Shown: positions 1-15,082 of the stretch, piece after piece
How positions within the stretch are numbered: position 1 is the stretch's first letter
How the letters are laid out: each line of letters opens with the position of its first letter
Source of the DNA: the human T2T-CHM13v2.0 reference genome, Homo sapiens
NCBI RefSeq assembly: GCF_009914755.1
Contig: NC_060941.1
Reading direction: 5' to 3' (one strand)
Length of the DNA stretch: 64,000 nucleotides
Position numbers and translations under genes: made by a program
Notes under the pieces: model-generated
The model's input: the letters and a program-made list of their open reading frames with translations, nothing else
Told to the model about the DNA's origin: nothing
Database searches by the model: none

Positions 1-337
1 TTTCATGGCTGCATAGTATTCCATGGTGTATATGTACCATATTTTCTTTATCCAGTCTATCATTGATGGGCATTTGGGTTGATTCCATGTCTTTGCTATT
101 GTGAATAGTGCTGCAATGAACATACATGTGCATGTATCTTTGTAATAGAATGATTTCTATTCCTTTGGGTATATGCCCAGTAATTGGATTTCCAGGTCAA
201 ATGGTATTTCTGGTTCTAGGTCTTTGAGGAATCACCACACTGTCTTTCCACACTGGTTGAACTACTTTACATTACCATCAACAGTGTAAACGTGCTCCTA
301 TTTCTCTGCAACCTCACCAGCATCTGTTGTTTCTTGA
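1..337 (-). mobile_element. LINE-1 (L1PA/L1PB-type) fragment, end of ORF2 region, continues off the window edge
   Basis: Typical antisense L1 text (ATGGCTGCATAGTATTCCATGGTGTATATG...GAGGAATCACCACACTGTC). Confidence 0.9.
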
Positions 338-974
338 GTGGATTAGCTTTTCTAAAGCTACCCTTCCAGTTGGTGGCACAGCTAGAACCAGAATGCTGGC
401 CTCCTTGCTGTCAAAGCTGAGCCTCTGCAAGCTGCTTCTCATCAGCCAGTGAGTTCACATGCTGCGTTTCCAAGTGAAATTTAGGACTTTTTTTTTTAAT
501 TGTAAAGTTTGTTAACTGTGGAATCTCTTTCAACGGTGTATTTCTACTTTCTGAGGTTAAAGAAGGCAGATTCTTTCCTGTGACACTTGTTTGTTCTTCA
601 TCACCATTTTAATTTGCATTAGAATGTACATACACTCAAGGATAATCTTAAACTCAGTAAGGGATCTTCAGCAGATGAACAGAAATGGAGAGCTTGAGGG
701 GGCATCTGGGAATATAACATAATAGAAATACGACTCTCTCATTTGGAATCAGCAGTACTCTGAGGGCTCTGACTGCTGGAGTTAACTGTGTCTACGCCTC
801 AAACAGGAAAACAAGCCCATGAGGGCTTAAGAAGGGAAGGTTACTGAGTTTTTCTGCTCTGTTTAGAACTCCTGGCCCTCCTCCCTTCTAGCAGAAGATC
901 GTCCCAGCCTGAAGTGAGGCTAAGAACCACTGTAAAACCACTTAGACCATATATTTACTTTCAGAATTAGGTGA

Positions 975-982
975 TGACGTCA
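975..982. promoter_or_regulatory. Perfect CRE (CREB/ATF) palindrome TGACGTCA in a locally CpG-rich unique segment
   Basis: Motif seen directly; 8 CpGs within 975-1085; function is inferred. Confidence 0.4.
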
Positions 983-1189
983 GTCCATGCTTCGGAAATA
1001 GTTGTTTGCGAGGGAAGACGGCTCAACCAGCAAACACCTAAAGGTACTGACGATCGTACTCATTCAACCAGTCCGTACCCCGACCCATTACAAATGCAAC
1101 CCAAGAAATGTTGAAATTATGTTTTCTCTCTTCCTCTCCAGGGCTTTTGAAACTCTCTAAATACAAGTTTTTAGAAACGACGAGGCATT

Positions 1190-1380
1190 GAAAACTTACC
1201 ACATGACCTTGTGCAAGTTGCTTAACACCACTAAGCCGCCCTGTCTTCTCAGTTTTAATCGGGGATAATATTGCATCCTCTTAAAGAGTTTTTTTGAGAG
1301 GATTTGATGAGAAACTATGTAAGTCACTTAGTATGCTGCCTGGAATGTAGCAAGAACTTGATCAATGATAAACTATTATG
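1190..1380 (+). mobile_element. MIR (SINE) fragment
   Basis: MIR core-like TGACCTTGTGCAAGTTGCTTAAC...CTCAGTTT...GGGATAATA. Confidence 0.65.
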
Positions 1381-1454
1381 GAAGTTTTTTTGTTTTATTT
1401 TTTTTAATCTTTATCAATTAGTTGTGATTCTTTGATCCTGTACCCTTCAACTTC

Positions 1455-1758
<304 letters not shown>

Positions 1759-2699
1759 ACCCTTCAACTTCTTTAAAAAGTCATGTTGGTTTGGTTTCAT
1801 TTCAAACTATTCTATCCCTCTTTAAAGGTATTTGAATGTAGAACATTGTTAAGAAAATGAACGAGGATCTTTTCTACATGAGCGCCATATTCTAACAAAC
1901 TTATCAAACTGCACTGGTGTTATGTGTGATAAGCCACAAGTCTGGGAATCCTGGCACTAGAGCTGTCCAAGGGCTGCTGCTGCTGGTATAAGCAGCTGTG
2001 AATCTCCAGGTGATCTACTAGTGCCCCGCTCCCTAAAGGAGGGAGGTGCAGGATTTTCTCTACTAAGGGAAAGCAGCCAGGAGAAACCATCTTACTCTCC
2101 CTGGAGCATTGGGAGAGCATCAGGCGTGTTCCATGGACAGTGAGAGCCAATGAAAGCATAATCTACTCACTGCATCCTGGGGATCGCTGAGCTTATGCCC
2201 TTGAGCTTCATAGATGGTGACTCCCAGAATCTCTCTGCAATGTCCTTGGAGAATGGCTGTTGGGTGATCGATGATGCAGGAACTTCACAGTTGTACAGAG
2301 CTGTGTAGTCCTCCCAGGGAGGTTCAGAGACTTGCAATAGTCAAAGTACATGACTTCTTGGAGAGTAAACGACAATAACATAAGAATGTGTGAGGGGATA
2401 TACCACAAAATTGTGGCACTCTCCTCCTGCCCCTTTCACGGTATCTGGGGTAGATCTTGATTTCACCCTTTTAATACTTCACTTATAGGTTTTTCTCTTT
2501 TTGGTTGATGTCTACGATTACGATGAATATTTGGGGACTGGTGGAGAATGAAATGACCTGTGTTTCTGGAATGTACAGGTTGGGAAATGGCTTTATAGTA
2601 GAGAATAGAGATGTAGTTAAAGCTGAGAAAGTGGTTGTGTTTTTTTACAATCCTGAGCAGAGGTTGGCAGGGAGAAGAAGATGAATAGTAAATACTATT

Positions 2700-2930
2700 T
2701 TTAATTGAGAGTTTACTATATGCTAGATATTGTACAAAGTGTTTTGGATGCATTATCTTATCTAATCCTCATGATAAGCTTAGAGACAGGGACTATGATT
2801 ATTCCATTTCATGGATGAGGAAACTAAAACTTAAAGAGGTTAAATAATTTGACTGTGGTCATGCAGTTATTATATGGTGGAACTGGGTCTTGAACTGGGA
2901 CTCTAATATAGAGGCTGTACTCTTCTTAAT
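2700..2930 (-). mobile_element. MIR fragment
   Basis: TAATCCTCA...GATGAGGAAACT...AGAGGTTAAATAATTTG...TTGAACT pattern. Confidence 0.7.
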
Positions 2931-2984
2931 GACTGGGCTAAAAAACTTGTGGCTATTTACTTAGGGAAGTATTGGCCAAGTGTG

Positions 2985-3387
2985 TGTTAAAAGAACAAAA
3001 TTTAGACAAATTAAATTTAACAGAGTTTAATTGAGCAAATAAGAATTTACGACTCAGGCAGCTGCCCAAACTAGAATAGGGTCAGAGATACTCCAGCATT
3101 GTGGCATGGTTGGAGAGGATTTGTGGGCAGAAAAAGGAAAATGACATTCAGCAAACGAAAGTGAGGTACAGAATAGCTGTACTGGCAACTGCTCAGCGTT
3201 TGTCCTATTTGAACATGGTTTGAATAGTTGACTGTCTGTTATTGGCCTAAACTTGGTGATTGATATAAGACTAGGTTATAGTCTATTTATACATCCAGTG
3301 AGGTTACAGTTCACTATGGACAGAGAAACCTTTAGGTTGAGCTTAAAATATGCAGGGAGGCAGCTTTAGGCTAAACTTAATTTAACA
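2985..3387 (-). mobile_element. Solo ERV1 LTR, MER57-type (403 bp)
   Basis: TGTTAA...TTAACA termini; minus strand begins TGTTAAATTAAGTTTAGCCTAAAGCTGCCTCC as in MER57; no clear TSD. Confidence 0.8.
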
Positions 3388-3589
3388 CTTTTTTTTTTTT
3401 TTTTTAAGAGCAGCACCTACATATTTGAATGCCCTTGACTCTGATTAAGCTACCAAAGGACAGGGACTATGTCTTATTAGAATGTACCTGGTCCAAGGCA
3501 TTAGCCAACAGTTGGTAACCAATCAGTGTTTGTCAGTTGAATTGAATTGACAGGTTCTATGTGACAGTTTTTTGTTTTGTTTTGTTTTG

Positions 3590-4340
<751 letters not shown>

Positions 4341-4853
4341 GTTTTTGAAAGTTAGACTTAAAAAATTAAGAGACGTTGCTATCTTACATTCTTGCAAACA
4401 AACTAAAATCCCTAACCTTCCTCAAGATTGGAATCCAATGCAATTAAAAATATTTATTTATTTATTTAGTTAGTTAGTTAGTTACTAACTATGCGGTACT
4501 GGCAAGGGATCAAAGTTAGAAACATTGTCATTCTTTCCAGGTGTTTGCCATAAACTGTAAACTTTCCTTGGTCAAGATGCCTGGTGTGAGTTTCGATGAT
4601 AAGATAAAACTACAACTTAAAAATATTTGTTGAAAAATGAATGTACTCCTTGCAAAGCCTGACTTACATATGTAAAAAGACAGCATTGGTGGCCACCAAT
4701 GCAATATGAGGGACTTAATCTGTTTAATGTGGATTGTTACAGTCAGGCAATTATCCTGTTATTATCAAGACCTAGAGTTGATTGGTACCAAACTCAGAAC
4801 TTTATCTATGACTGTGTGAGCTTCAGTGGGTCCTGATCAAAATGAAAATGGGA

Positions 4854-5147
<294 letters not shown>

Positions 5148-5624
5148 GATGAAAGTGGGTTTCTTTCACTGGTGTCCTGGCAAATGTTTAAACAAATCAC
5201 TCTCCTAAAAACAAATAAAAGTCCTGGTTTGTAGCATTGGCTGGTTTGCATGATGAAATACTCCTCCATGGCTGATTTCAACTCCACTGAAGATGGAGTA
5301 GAAAAGAGACGCATACAGTCATCTCTCTTGAAGTGGTCTGAGTGGTCTCCAATGAAGTGGTCTCCACTCATTCCTCTATACCCCGTACTGAAGTCTGTCT
5401 GAGATTCTCTTGCCTCCATTTATGCATACAAATGACCTGTTTGATTCTCTCCTTTTTCGTGGATGATGCTAAACATCTGCCTTCTGTCTGAAAGTGCCCC
5501 CGACATGCCCATTTTTGTGGCTTTTGCCTACTGAACATTTGAACTTCATCAGCTGGATGCTCAGCAGTAGGCCCCAGATTCAGAGGCAATGCAATTTTCT
5601 GTGAGGTTGTAGCTTAGAGAGGGT

Positions 5625-6116
5625 AGAAGCTATAGCCTGCAAGATGATCCCCAATGGACTCTGCCTAGTATTTACATCCTGTGTTGTCTTCTCTGCACCA
5701 CACAGAACATGGCAGAAGCAATGGCACATCACTTCCAGGATTAAGTTATAAAAGTCATTGTGACTTCTGTCATGGTCAGACTCTCTATCTTGAATTATTC
5801 GCTCTGTGGGAAGTCATCTGCTAAGTCACAAGCTGACCTATAGAGAGTCCCATGTAGCAAGGATGAAAGCCTCCTGAAAACAGTCATGGGTGTGAATTTA
5901 GAAGCAGATTCTTCAGCCCCCCAGTGAAGCCTCCAGATGACTGCAGCACTGGCTGACAGCTTGACACAGCCTCATGAGAAACCCTGGGCCCAAACCATCC
6001 AACTAAGCAGTTCCCGAATTACTGACACCCAGAAAATATGAGATAGTATATATTGGTTGTTTTAAATGGCTAAGTGTTGGGATCATTTGCTACACAGAAA
6101 TAGATAATTAATGCAG
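5625..6116 (+). mobile_element. MaLR LTR, MLT1E/F-like
   Basis: CAAGATGATCCCCAATG start; CCTCCAGATGACTGCAGC...TGCTACACAGAAATAGATAATTAATGCA end. Confidence 0.75.
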
Positions 6117-6271
6117 GAAGTTACTTATTTTTAAGATAACTATTTTGTCTTTTATAGTAACATTTAACCTGCATCACTTCTACCAGCATCACTCAAATTA
6201 AAATTCTGTCCTTAATTTCTTTCAAAGGAGTTAATTAAAAAAATTATTCAGTTTATTCTTCCCTTCCTCTC

Positions 6272-6616
6272 TGTATTAGTCCGTTTTCACACTGCTGATA
6301 AAGACCTACCTGAGACTGGGAAATTTACAAAAGAAAGAGGGTTAATGCACTCACACAATTCTATGTGGTCGGGGAGGCCTCACAGTCATGGTGGAAAGTG
6401 AAAGGCACATCTCAAATGGCAGCAGACAAGAGAAGAGAGCTTGTGCAGGGAAACTCCCATTTTAAAAACCATCAGATCTTGTGAGACTTATTCACTATCA
6501 CGAGAACAGCATGGGAAAGACCTGCCCCCATGATTCGATTCCTCCCACTGTGTCCCTCCCACAACACGTGGGAATTCAAGATGAGATTTGCTTGGGGATA
6601 CAGACAAACCGTATCA
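6272..6616 (-). mobile_element. MaLR solo LTR, THE1 (THE1B/C-like)
   Basis: TGTATTAGTCCGTTTTCACACTGCTGATAAAGAC...AAACCGTATCA; 5-bp TSD CTCTC. Confidence 0.92.
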
Positions 6617-6739
6617 CTCTCCCTCCTTTTTCTTTCCCTCTTTCTCCCTTCTCCTCTCCCTTCTCCACCTCTTCCTTTTATATTTCAATTTCACATTTTA
6701 ATGTATCTTCTATGATAGCAGTGGAGTTTGATAACAGAA

Positions 6740-7041
6740 GACAGATGAACTTTTGCATGAGTGATTTCCAGTTCTGGCTGCTGTATGATATTGAATAGGT
6801 ACTAAATCTCCCAAAGTCTCAGTTTTCTCATCTGTAAACCTGCAATAGGAAAACCTACATTAACAGGTTAGAGTTAAGTAAAATTAAATAGACAGATGAA
6901 CTTTCACATGAGTGATTTCTAGTTCTGGCTGCTGTGTGATATTGAATAGGTATTAAACCTCTCAAAGTCTCAGTTTTCTCATCTGTAAAATTGGAATAGG
7001 AAAACCTACATTAACAGGTTAGAGTTAAGTAAAATTAAATA
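6740..7041 (+). repeat. Tandem duplication, 2 x 151 bp, within a MIR
   Basis: 6740-6890 vs 6891-7041, about 10 mismatches by eye; unit contains the MIR core CTCAGTTTTCTCATCTGTAAA. Confidence 0.93.
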
Positions 7042-8460
7042 TGCAAAGGTCTAAGCACAGGGTCTGGCAAATAACATGCATTCCATAGACAGTATAATAA
7101 AATAACCATGAAGACTACAATAAGGGCAGTTGATCCTCTATCTTGAAGATGCCTGAGAGTCCATGTGGCCCAACGAAAGGCTTTTCAAATAGACTGTTGT
7201 GAGAATGATGGAAGCAAAGCATACTCAGTCCTCATGGTCATCTTTCCAGAGTGAGAGTGAGCAGCTCTTGACAAACTGACCGGTGGAGATGAAGCCGTGT
7301 TAACCGGCAGATGCAGGGTGAGTGGGGAGGGCTACAAGCTGAACTCTACAGGCAGCATTTGCCATCACTCATGCTTGAACTCCCAGAATCCTCAGCCTGC
7401 GAGGCCCAATTCAGTTTAGTAAACCTTTATGTGCTTGGCCTACAAAGGTGAATGGGCATCAAGCCTTGTGGCAAGGAGAAGATCATCATAACCCTTTGTG
7501 CTATATTCACAGGGTGCATGGAGCTCTGTCTCTGGGCTGAGGGCTCAGAGAAAAGTGCCCCTTGCTAAAGCTAGGCTGCATGGGGTGGTGGTCAGGGAGG
7601 GCTTCCTTGAGGAAGCAGGCCTGAACCAAGTCTTAAGAGATGAATTTATTTCTTTCTCTCTTAGCAGGACGGAACTCAAATCATTCAAGTTAGTTGGATT
7701 CTGTCTTCTTAAAATCTTCACTAAGGAGCCTCTTTTATTTACTTTGGATCCTGAGCTTTAGGAAGGAAGAAACATTTGAGTAGGATTGTTTCTAGATGTA
7801 GATGTTACTGGTCCTGTAAGTGGCTTGGCTTTGTTTTGTTTCATTTTCTGGGATTTGGGGAGAGTCGGTTGATTATAAAGAAAATATATTTGAACAATAG
7901 AAATCACATTTCTAACAGAAAAGAGGCCGATTCTATCAGGTCTCCTTGCCCTTTTGGGCTTAACTCTTATAATTATTTAAAGAAAACTAAGATTATTATC
8001 CTGATAAAAAAAGTTTGCAAGGGCCACAAACTGAAGACCAGTCTTATCGATGGTCCCCAAGCTCACAAAGAAGCCAGAGGAAATTACTCAGCGTGGGATG
8101 ACCACCGTTGCCCAGTAGTTTTATTCCTTCTAAGTCAATGTTTTTCTGAGATGATCCAGAGTTTGAAAACTAACATACAGTTATATTCAACAACAAATTC
8201 CTGGCCATGTAGGGTCATTGTTATAAGGTCTCTGACCCCTAAAACACTTCAAACAAAGTCCATACCTCTTTCTAGCTCCTATGGGTATGAAAGACCACCA
8301 GGAGTAGTGTGAGAAACGTTAGTGGGTACAAAGCTACCCACTCTCTTGGACAAATAAAAGGGATGAAGGGTGTGTTCCTCTGTGAGAATGAGGGCTTTTA
8401 TCATTGTGGAGAAAAGTCATTGCCTGGAGTTGGCTTTCATTTGGGGCTAGATTAAAAAAA

Positions 8461-9240
8461 GAAAAGCTCAGTGTCACTGATCATTAGAGTAATGCAAATC
8501 AAAACCACAATGAGATACCCCTTCACACCAGTCAGAATGGCAATTATTAAAAAGTCAAGAAACAACAGATGCTGGTGAGGTTGCAGAGAAATAGGAGCGC
8601 GTTTACACTGTTGGTGGGAATGTAAATTAGTTCAACCATTGTGAAACAGTGTGGCGATTCCTCGAAGATCTAGAACGAGAAATACCATTTGACCCAGCAA
8701 TCCCATTACTGGGTATATACTCAAAAAATATAAATCGTTCTATTACAAAGATGCATGCATGCATATGTTTATTGTAGCACTATTCACAATAGCAAAGACA
8801 TGGAATCAACCCAAGTGCTCATCAATGATAGACTGGATAAAGAAAATGTGGTATGTATACACCATGGAATACTATGCAGCCATGAAAAGGAACAAGATCA
8901 TGTCCTTTGCAGGGACATGGATGGAGCTGGAAGTCATTATCCTCAGCAAACTAATGTAGGAACAGAAAACCAAACACCACATGTTCTCACTCATAAGTGG
9001 GAGCTGAACAATGAGAACAGATGGACACAGGGAGCAGAACAACACACACTGGGGCCTGTCAGGGAGTGGGATGTGGGGAGGGAGAGCATTAGGAAAAATA
9101 GCTCATGCATGCTGGGCTTAATACCCAGATGATGTGTTGACAGGTGCAGCAAACCACCATGGCACTTGTTTACCTATGTAACAAACCTGCACATCCTGCA
9201 CATATACCCTAGAATTTAAAATGAAAATTAAAAAAAAGTA
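8461..9240 (+). mobile_element. LINE-1 3' fragment (L1PA8-10-like)
   Basis: ORF2 C-terminal remnant (FIVALFTIAKTWNQPKCSSMIDWIKKMW), 3'UTR and A tail. Confidence 0.93.
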
Positions 9241-11061
9241 AAAAATGTAGTGGATTTTTAGGAATATCCCAGTAATCAAGTCACCTTTCAAGAATTAAGG
9301 GAATGAAAATGGCTGGAGGACATTTCCAAAGGATTAGGAGTGGGAGTCACCTGTTGATGCCAAGGCTGGAACAGCTGGAGGGGCCTCAAGGGGACCTTGG
9401 GAGATGCCTGTGTGCTTAGGAAGGGAAGGGCCTATCCAAAGTCCAAGAGAGTGCTATTTAACCCACGTAAGCTGATCTCTGCTCCTTAATTTCAGGATTA
9501 GAAAACTGCTATGGGATTTGGCTTTTGTCAACCATTGGGATGCTTTGGGAAGCCACAGAAATCCAACTATCTCTAAGACTAATTCTGTGAACTCTGAAAT
9601 TCCTCTGCATAGTAAGGTGGACTATTGGAGGGGAGGGGTGGTCACTGTCTACACACCTAACTTTATGTTATAAAAAAATTCTAATTTTATTCAGCATTTC
9701 CAAAAGGGTGCTACAGGGAATGTTACTGATGTTAAATTAAAGAGTACAGTGCAAAAAAAATGATCTCTGTTCAAGTAAATTAAGAAATTATGTGATTAAA
9801 TAGAATTACATTTTTTATTTTGGATAGGATTTCTCAGGGCTTTCCACCTGCTATTCTGAATTATGTATCTTTAAGAGGGAGACTGTGTGTATATTGTAAA
9901 AGTCAGATTCTAATGTAAAAGATTCTAATTTCGGGTCATGGCAGTAACACTGCACCATTGGCACATGGTTTAAAACTGCAGGAACACAGACATTGATCTG
10001 TGTGCTTATGTAAATGTGTACACTCTAAAAAATAAACAAGCAAATACTATATGTATACGGTGAAGGTCAGCAGTGGCGGGGAAAAGGGAAGACTTTCGTG
10101 GGAGAGATTTAGGGAGGTTAGCACCTTTAACTGAAGGTAAGAGTCCTTCATTCTAATTCTGAATCACTGCGTTACGTTCAGCATATCTGGTCCTGTTTCC
10201 CCACATGCAAAGCAGAAATTTAAAAAGTAAAGACATCTCAAACTTATCTTGCAAAACAATACAGGGATTAAACAAGCCTGTACCATTAAACTGTTTTGCA
10301 CTCTGTGGTCAAGGACATGGCCTAATGGCAGGTTATGGTCCTGGCCACCAGCAGGATTAACCAAGGGGTTTGCAGAGCAGGCACAGGCAGTGTCTGTCTC
10401 TCCAGGACCGCGGGTAGGGCAGCTGACATCCTGGGGTCAGGGTGAGTCATGCCCTGTGTGCATGAACATGCAGGCATGCGTGCAGCACCCTCGGGCTCCA
10501 GGGGCTTAAATTTCCAAAAGACAACCCTGAAAACTTGAAAAGTAAGAAAATCTAGAACAATGAGTAGGTGGCCTAGCTTTTGTGGCAGGCAGAAACAAGA
10601 CAAAATGGCGAGTTAACCATATTCCTATTATGTGGGGGATTTTGTAGGACTGTCCGAGTGACTATTTGCTTAGAGTAGGTTAAATCCTACCAAAGAAATG
10701 GGGCTCCCAAGAAAGCATTCATTCCCAAAGTGAATTTTCCTGTTGATAGTGTTGGATATGTTTGCAGTATTCACGGTCCAAATTTTATGCTTTCTCTTTC
10801 CCATTGCTGAGTCACTGGGCTGTCTTGAAATCTGAGGGGAAAAGTCTGTGAGGCGTGGCCGGCAACTAGGAAGCCTGGCTCTTTCTAGTAGAGCATGAAC
10901 GCCACCTTGAGTTGTGTGTGAGCACTGCCGAGCCCTACTTGACATGATCAGCAGTTCCGAGGGATGGAGCAAATGGGACTGGTTCCCTTTTGCAACAAAA
11001 AGCAGCACTATCAGGCCTGGGTTGTGTCTTGACACCCGGAATTATTTTTTAGCAAAATGTA

Positions 11062-11450
11062 ATAAATCAATCAGAGTTCCCCAGAGAAACAGAACCAAGA
11101 GCATATGCGTGCATAAGATGGAGAAATTTATTTTAAGGAATTGGCTGGTGCAAATGTAGGGGCTGGAAAGTTGGAAATTTGTAGGACAAGCCGCAGGCTG
11201 CAAACTCAGGCAGGAGTTGATGTTGCCATCTTGAGGCAAAATTTCTTCCCTGGGAAGTCTCAGTTTTTTTCTCTTTAGGCCTCCAATTGATTGAATGAGG
11301 TCGACAAATTTTATCTAGGATAGTCTCCTTTACTTTAAGTCAGCTGATTTTGGATGTTAATCATATCTGCAAAATACGTTCACCGCAACATCTAGACCAG
11401 TGTTTGGTTAAATAACTGGTACTAGCCCAAGTCGACACATAAACCATCAC
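11062..11450 (-). mobile_element. ERVL LTR, MLT2-type
   Basis: CCCAGAGAAACAGAACCAA...TTTTAAGGAATTGGCT...ACACATAAACCATCA. Confidence 0.8.
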
Positions 11451-11454
11451 TCTT

Positions 11455-11826
<372 letters not shown>

Positions 11827-12352
11827 TTAACAGATATAAATAATTTTTCATTTGATTCATTAATATGGATTCAACAACACTTCAGGTTGGACCAGGTGCA
11901 TTACCATTTCTAGTTATATTCCTTGTAACATTGGGTTAGATTCTGATGTGTTGCTACCAGCCTACCATATGCATTGTATGACTTCCCCCAGTACCATCAT
12001 AACGAAGACATGTAGAATACGTTTCATAGTAAATAGGGTGTTTTCCCAGGGTTGCTGTTGTTGCTATTGCAGGATATTCGCCTGCAAGTGTTTGCAATTC
12101 TCTAATCAGAACTCTTTGCCATGCAAGGTAAGGCAAAGTTTAAAAGGCTGGTCAGAGCTCCTTCCCAGGAGTGACACCCTTTGTCCTTTGACATTGGTAT
12201 TTTTCTGTCCAGTACTTCTGGCAGAAGTTAGAAGCAGGAATGGGTAGTCCGGATAGCTCTCCTATTTGAATCTGTTTTTTAAAAAAAAGACTCCACAAGA
12301 CTCCACACTATTTTGATATTTTGATGAATTTTCTGGGGTTTCACCTCGTGTA

Positions 12353-12520
12353 ATTTTTTTTTTTTTTTTTTGAGACACGATCTTGCTCTGTTGTTCAGGC
12401 TGGAGTGCAATGGCATGATTACAGCTCACTGTAACCTCAAACACCTGGGTAGCTCCTGGGTTCAAGGGATCCTCCTACCATGGTTTCCTAAAGCACTGGG
12501 ATTACAGGCATGAGCCACGA
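12353..12520 (-). mobile_element. Alu monomer/truncated old Alu (FLAM/FRAM/AluJ)
   Basis: Poly-T followed by a single Alu arm. Confidence 0.8.
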
Positions 12521-13319
12521 GGCCCACAGGCCCAGTCCTTCATGTGACTTTTGAAGGAGGCATCTGTGGTCTTCAAACACCAAGAATCTCTCCTTTATAG
12601 ACACTCAGAAAGCACGGAAGAGGAGGATAAGAAATGGCCAAGTCTCTTGGTGTTTGCTCTTGCTGGAAAGAAAAAGGGGGAAATTGGATTTCTCTGGGAT
12701 TCTCTGTTCAAATGGCAAAGGAGGAAAAAATCCCAGAGAGTCTGCTAAGGAAGGAAGTAGAAGCTACGTCATCTCTATAGACAGCAGAGAGGACATATTT
12801 ATTGGTGTGTATCTCTAGTTTCTGCAACTCATCCAGCCAGATATTTCAATATTTCCCTAACTCCAACTGTTCACTGTCCATTTCCATTGCTATTGAACGT
12901 GCTAGGTATATTTTCCTAATATAAACACAAAATTTAAAAAATTATCCTATGTACCATGTGACATAGTCTTGCATATTATAGTGGTTCACATCATAACTCA
13001 TCTGTTTGAAAAACTCTAATCAGATGCATACGGTTAATTCAAAATGTGCTGTGTGTAGAACTGCTATATAATTGATGAGCATTAGAATGATGTGACACTC
13101 TACAATTCTCTTTTCTCTTAGGTTTTTAAGATTATTAAGATTAATGTCATTCAATAGGTCTGAGTTTGCATGTGTAGCAAAGACTTGTTCTCCTTAAGGC
13201 AGCAGTGGCTTGCAAACTTTTTGAAATGCCTGTAGTAACACATTTATTTTATTTATTCACAAATGCATACATATTCACAGACGTAATATAATGAAAGTCT
13301 CATTAAAACTAGAATGTAA

Positions 13320-13630
<311 letters not shown>

Positions 13631-13659
13631 TAAAATGTTTCATAAATAATAATTGGTTT

Positions 13660-14135
<476 letters not shown>

Positions 14136-14799
14136 TCCAATATGTAAAAATGAAGCCTGGAAGTTCTGCAGGCATTTCACTGTCACGGGGAGTGTTTGTT
14201 ACCCTGAACATGGAATGGATACGGAGTGGAGGACAAAGCTGATGGAACTGTGGAGGAATGGAAGCAGAGCCATGTTCCAACTGTACCTGAAACATTTCAT
14301 ACCTCAAGTCGTAAGAACAAATAAATATGATTTATTGTTGCAGCTGGATCTCCTGCTACACAACAGGAAAATCCTAACTGATGCTGGGTCACAGAATACA
14401 TCCTGGCTCATCATTTCAGACTTCTACTCAAGAGCTTTTATGATGCTGCTCTGTCGACTCCCATAAGACCTCCCAAACCCAGGCTCCAGGCTGACATCTC
14501 ACAGTTCCTCAAGGTGGACCATCTCCTTCTGTCTGACCAACCCTATTTATCATCCTCCTTACATGCTGTGCTCATTCCTTCAATGACTCATTCTACACTT
14601 TTAGCTACTCATGGACTATTGAACACAAATGTACAGCCACTTCCAGGGTTTTCTAGGAAACTTTGTATCACTCACTTTCACTTTCTGCTGGGTCAGCTGC
14701 AGGTATGAATTTGTTCATCACAGATTTAGACCAACCTGGGGTGGCAGCACATTCTCAAGATGTTTTACCTTGGTCCATGTCAATTTCATTTTTTCTTTT

Positions 14800-15082
14800 A
14801 CTTCTTTGTTGTTGTTGTTGAGACAGGGTCTCACTCTGTCACCCAGGCTGGAGTGCAGTGGCACAATCATGGCTCACTGCATCCTTGACCTCCCAGGCTC
14901 AAGCGATCCTCCCATCTCAGCCTCCTGAGTAACTGGAACTACAGGCACATGCCACCACATCCTGCTAATTTTTTGATTTTTTGGTAGAGATGGGGTTTTG
15001 CCATGCTGCCCAGCTCAAGTGATCCACCCGCCTCAGCCTCCCAAAGGGCTGGGACTACAGACATGAACCACCCCACCCAGCC
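14800..15082 (-). mobile_element. Alu (AluJ) with ~20-bp deletion in the left arm
   Basis: GCTGCCCAG joined directly to CTCAAGTGATCC. Confidence 0.93.

Noticed and set aside
971-1050. Box C (GTGATGA) ... box D (CTGA) spaced 80 nt apart, like a C/D snoRNA
   Set aside because: No convincing terminal stem, no C'/D' boxes and no recognisable rRNA/snRNA guide; the C box overlaps the CRE
7776-8312. Longest ORF in the track (178 aa)
   Set aside because: Non-ATG start, no domain similarity, composition typical of AT-rich non-coding DNA
12049-12127. Exon-like segment (TTTTCCCAG acceptor ... CAAG/GTAAGG donor), and similar isolated splice-like sites near 14702, 20720 and 23490
   Set aside because: Such sites occur often by chance; no consistent coding frame and no transcript evidence from sequence alone
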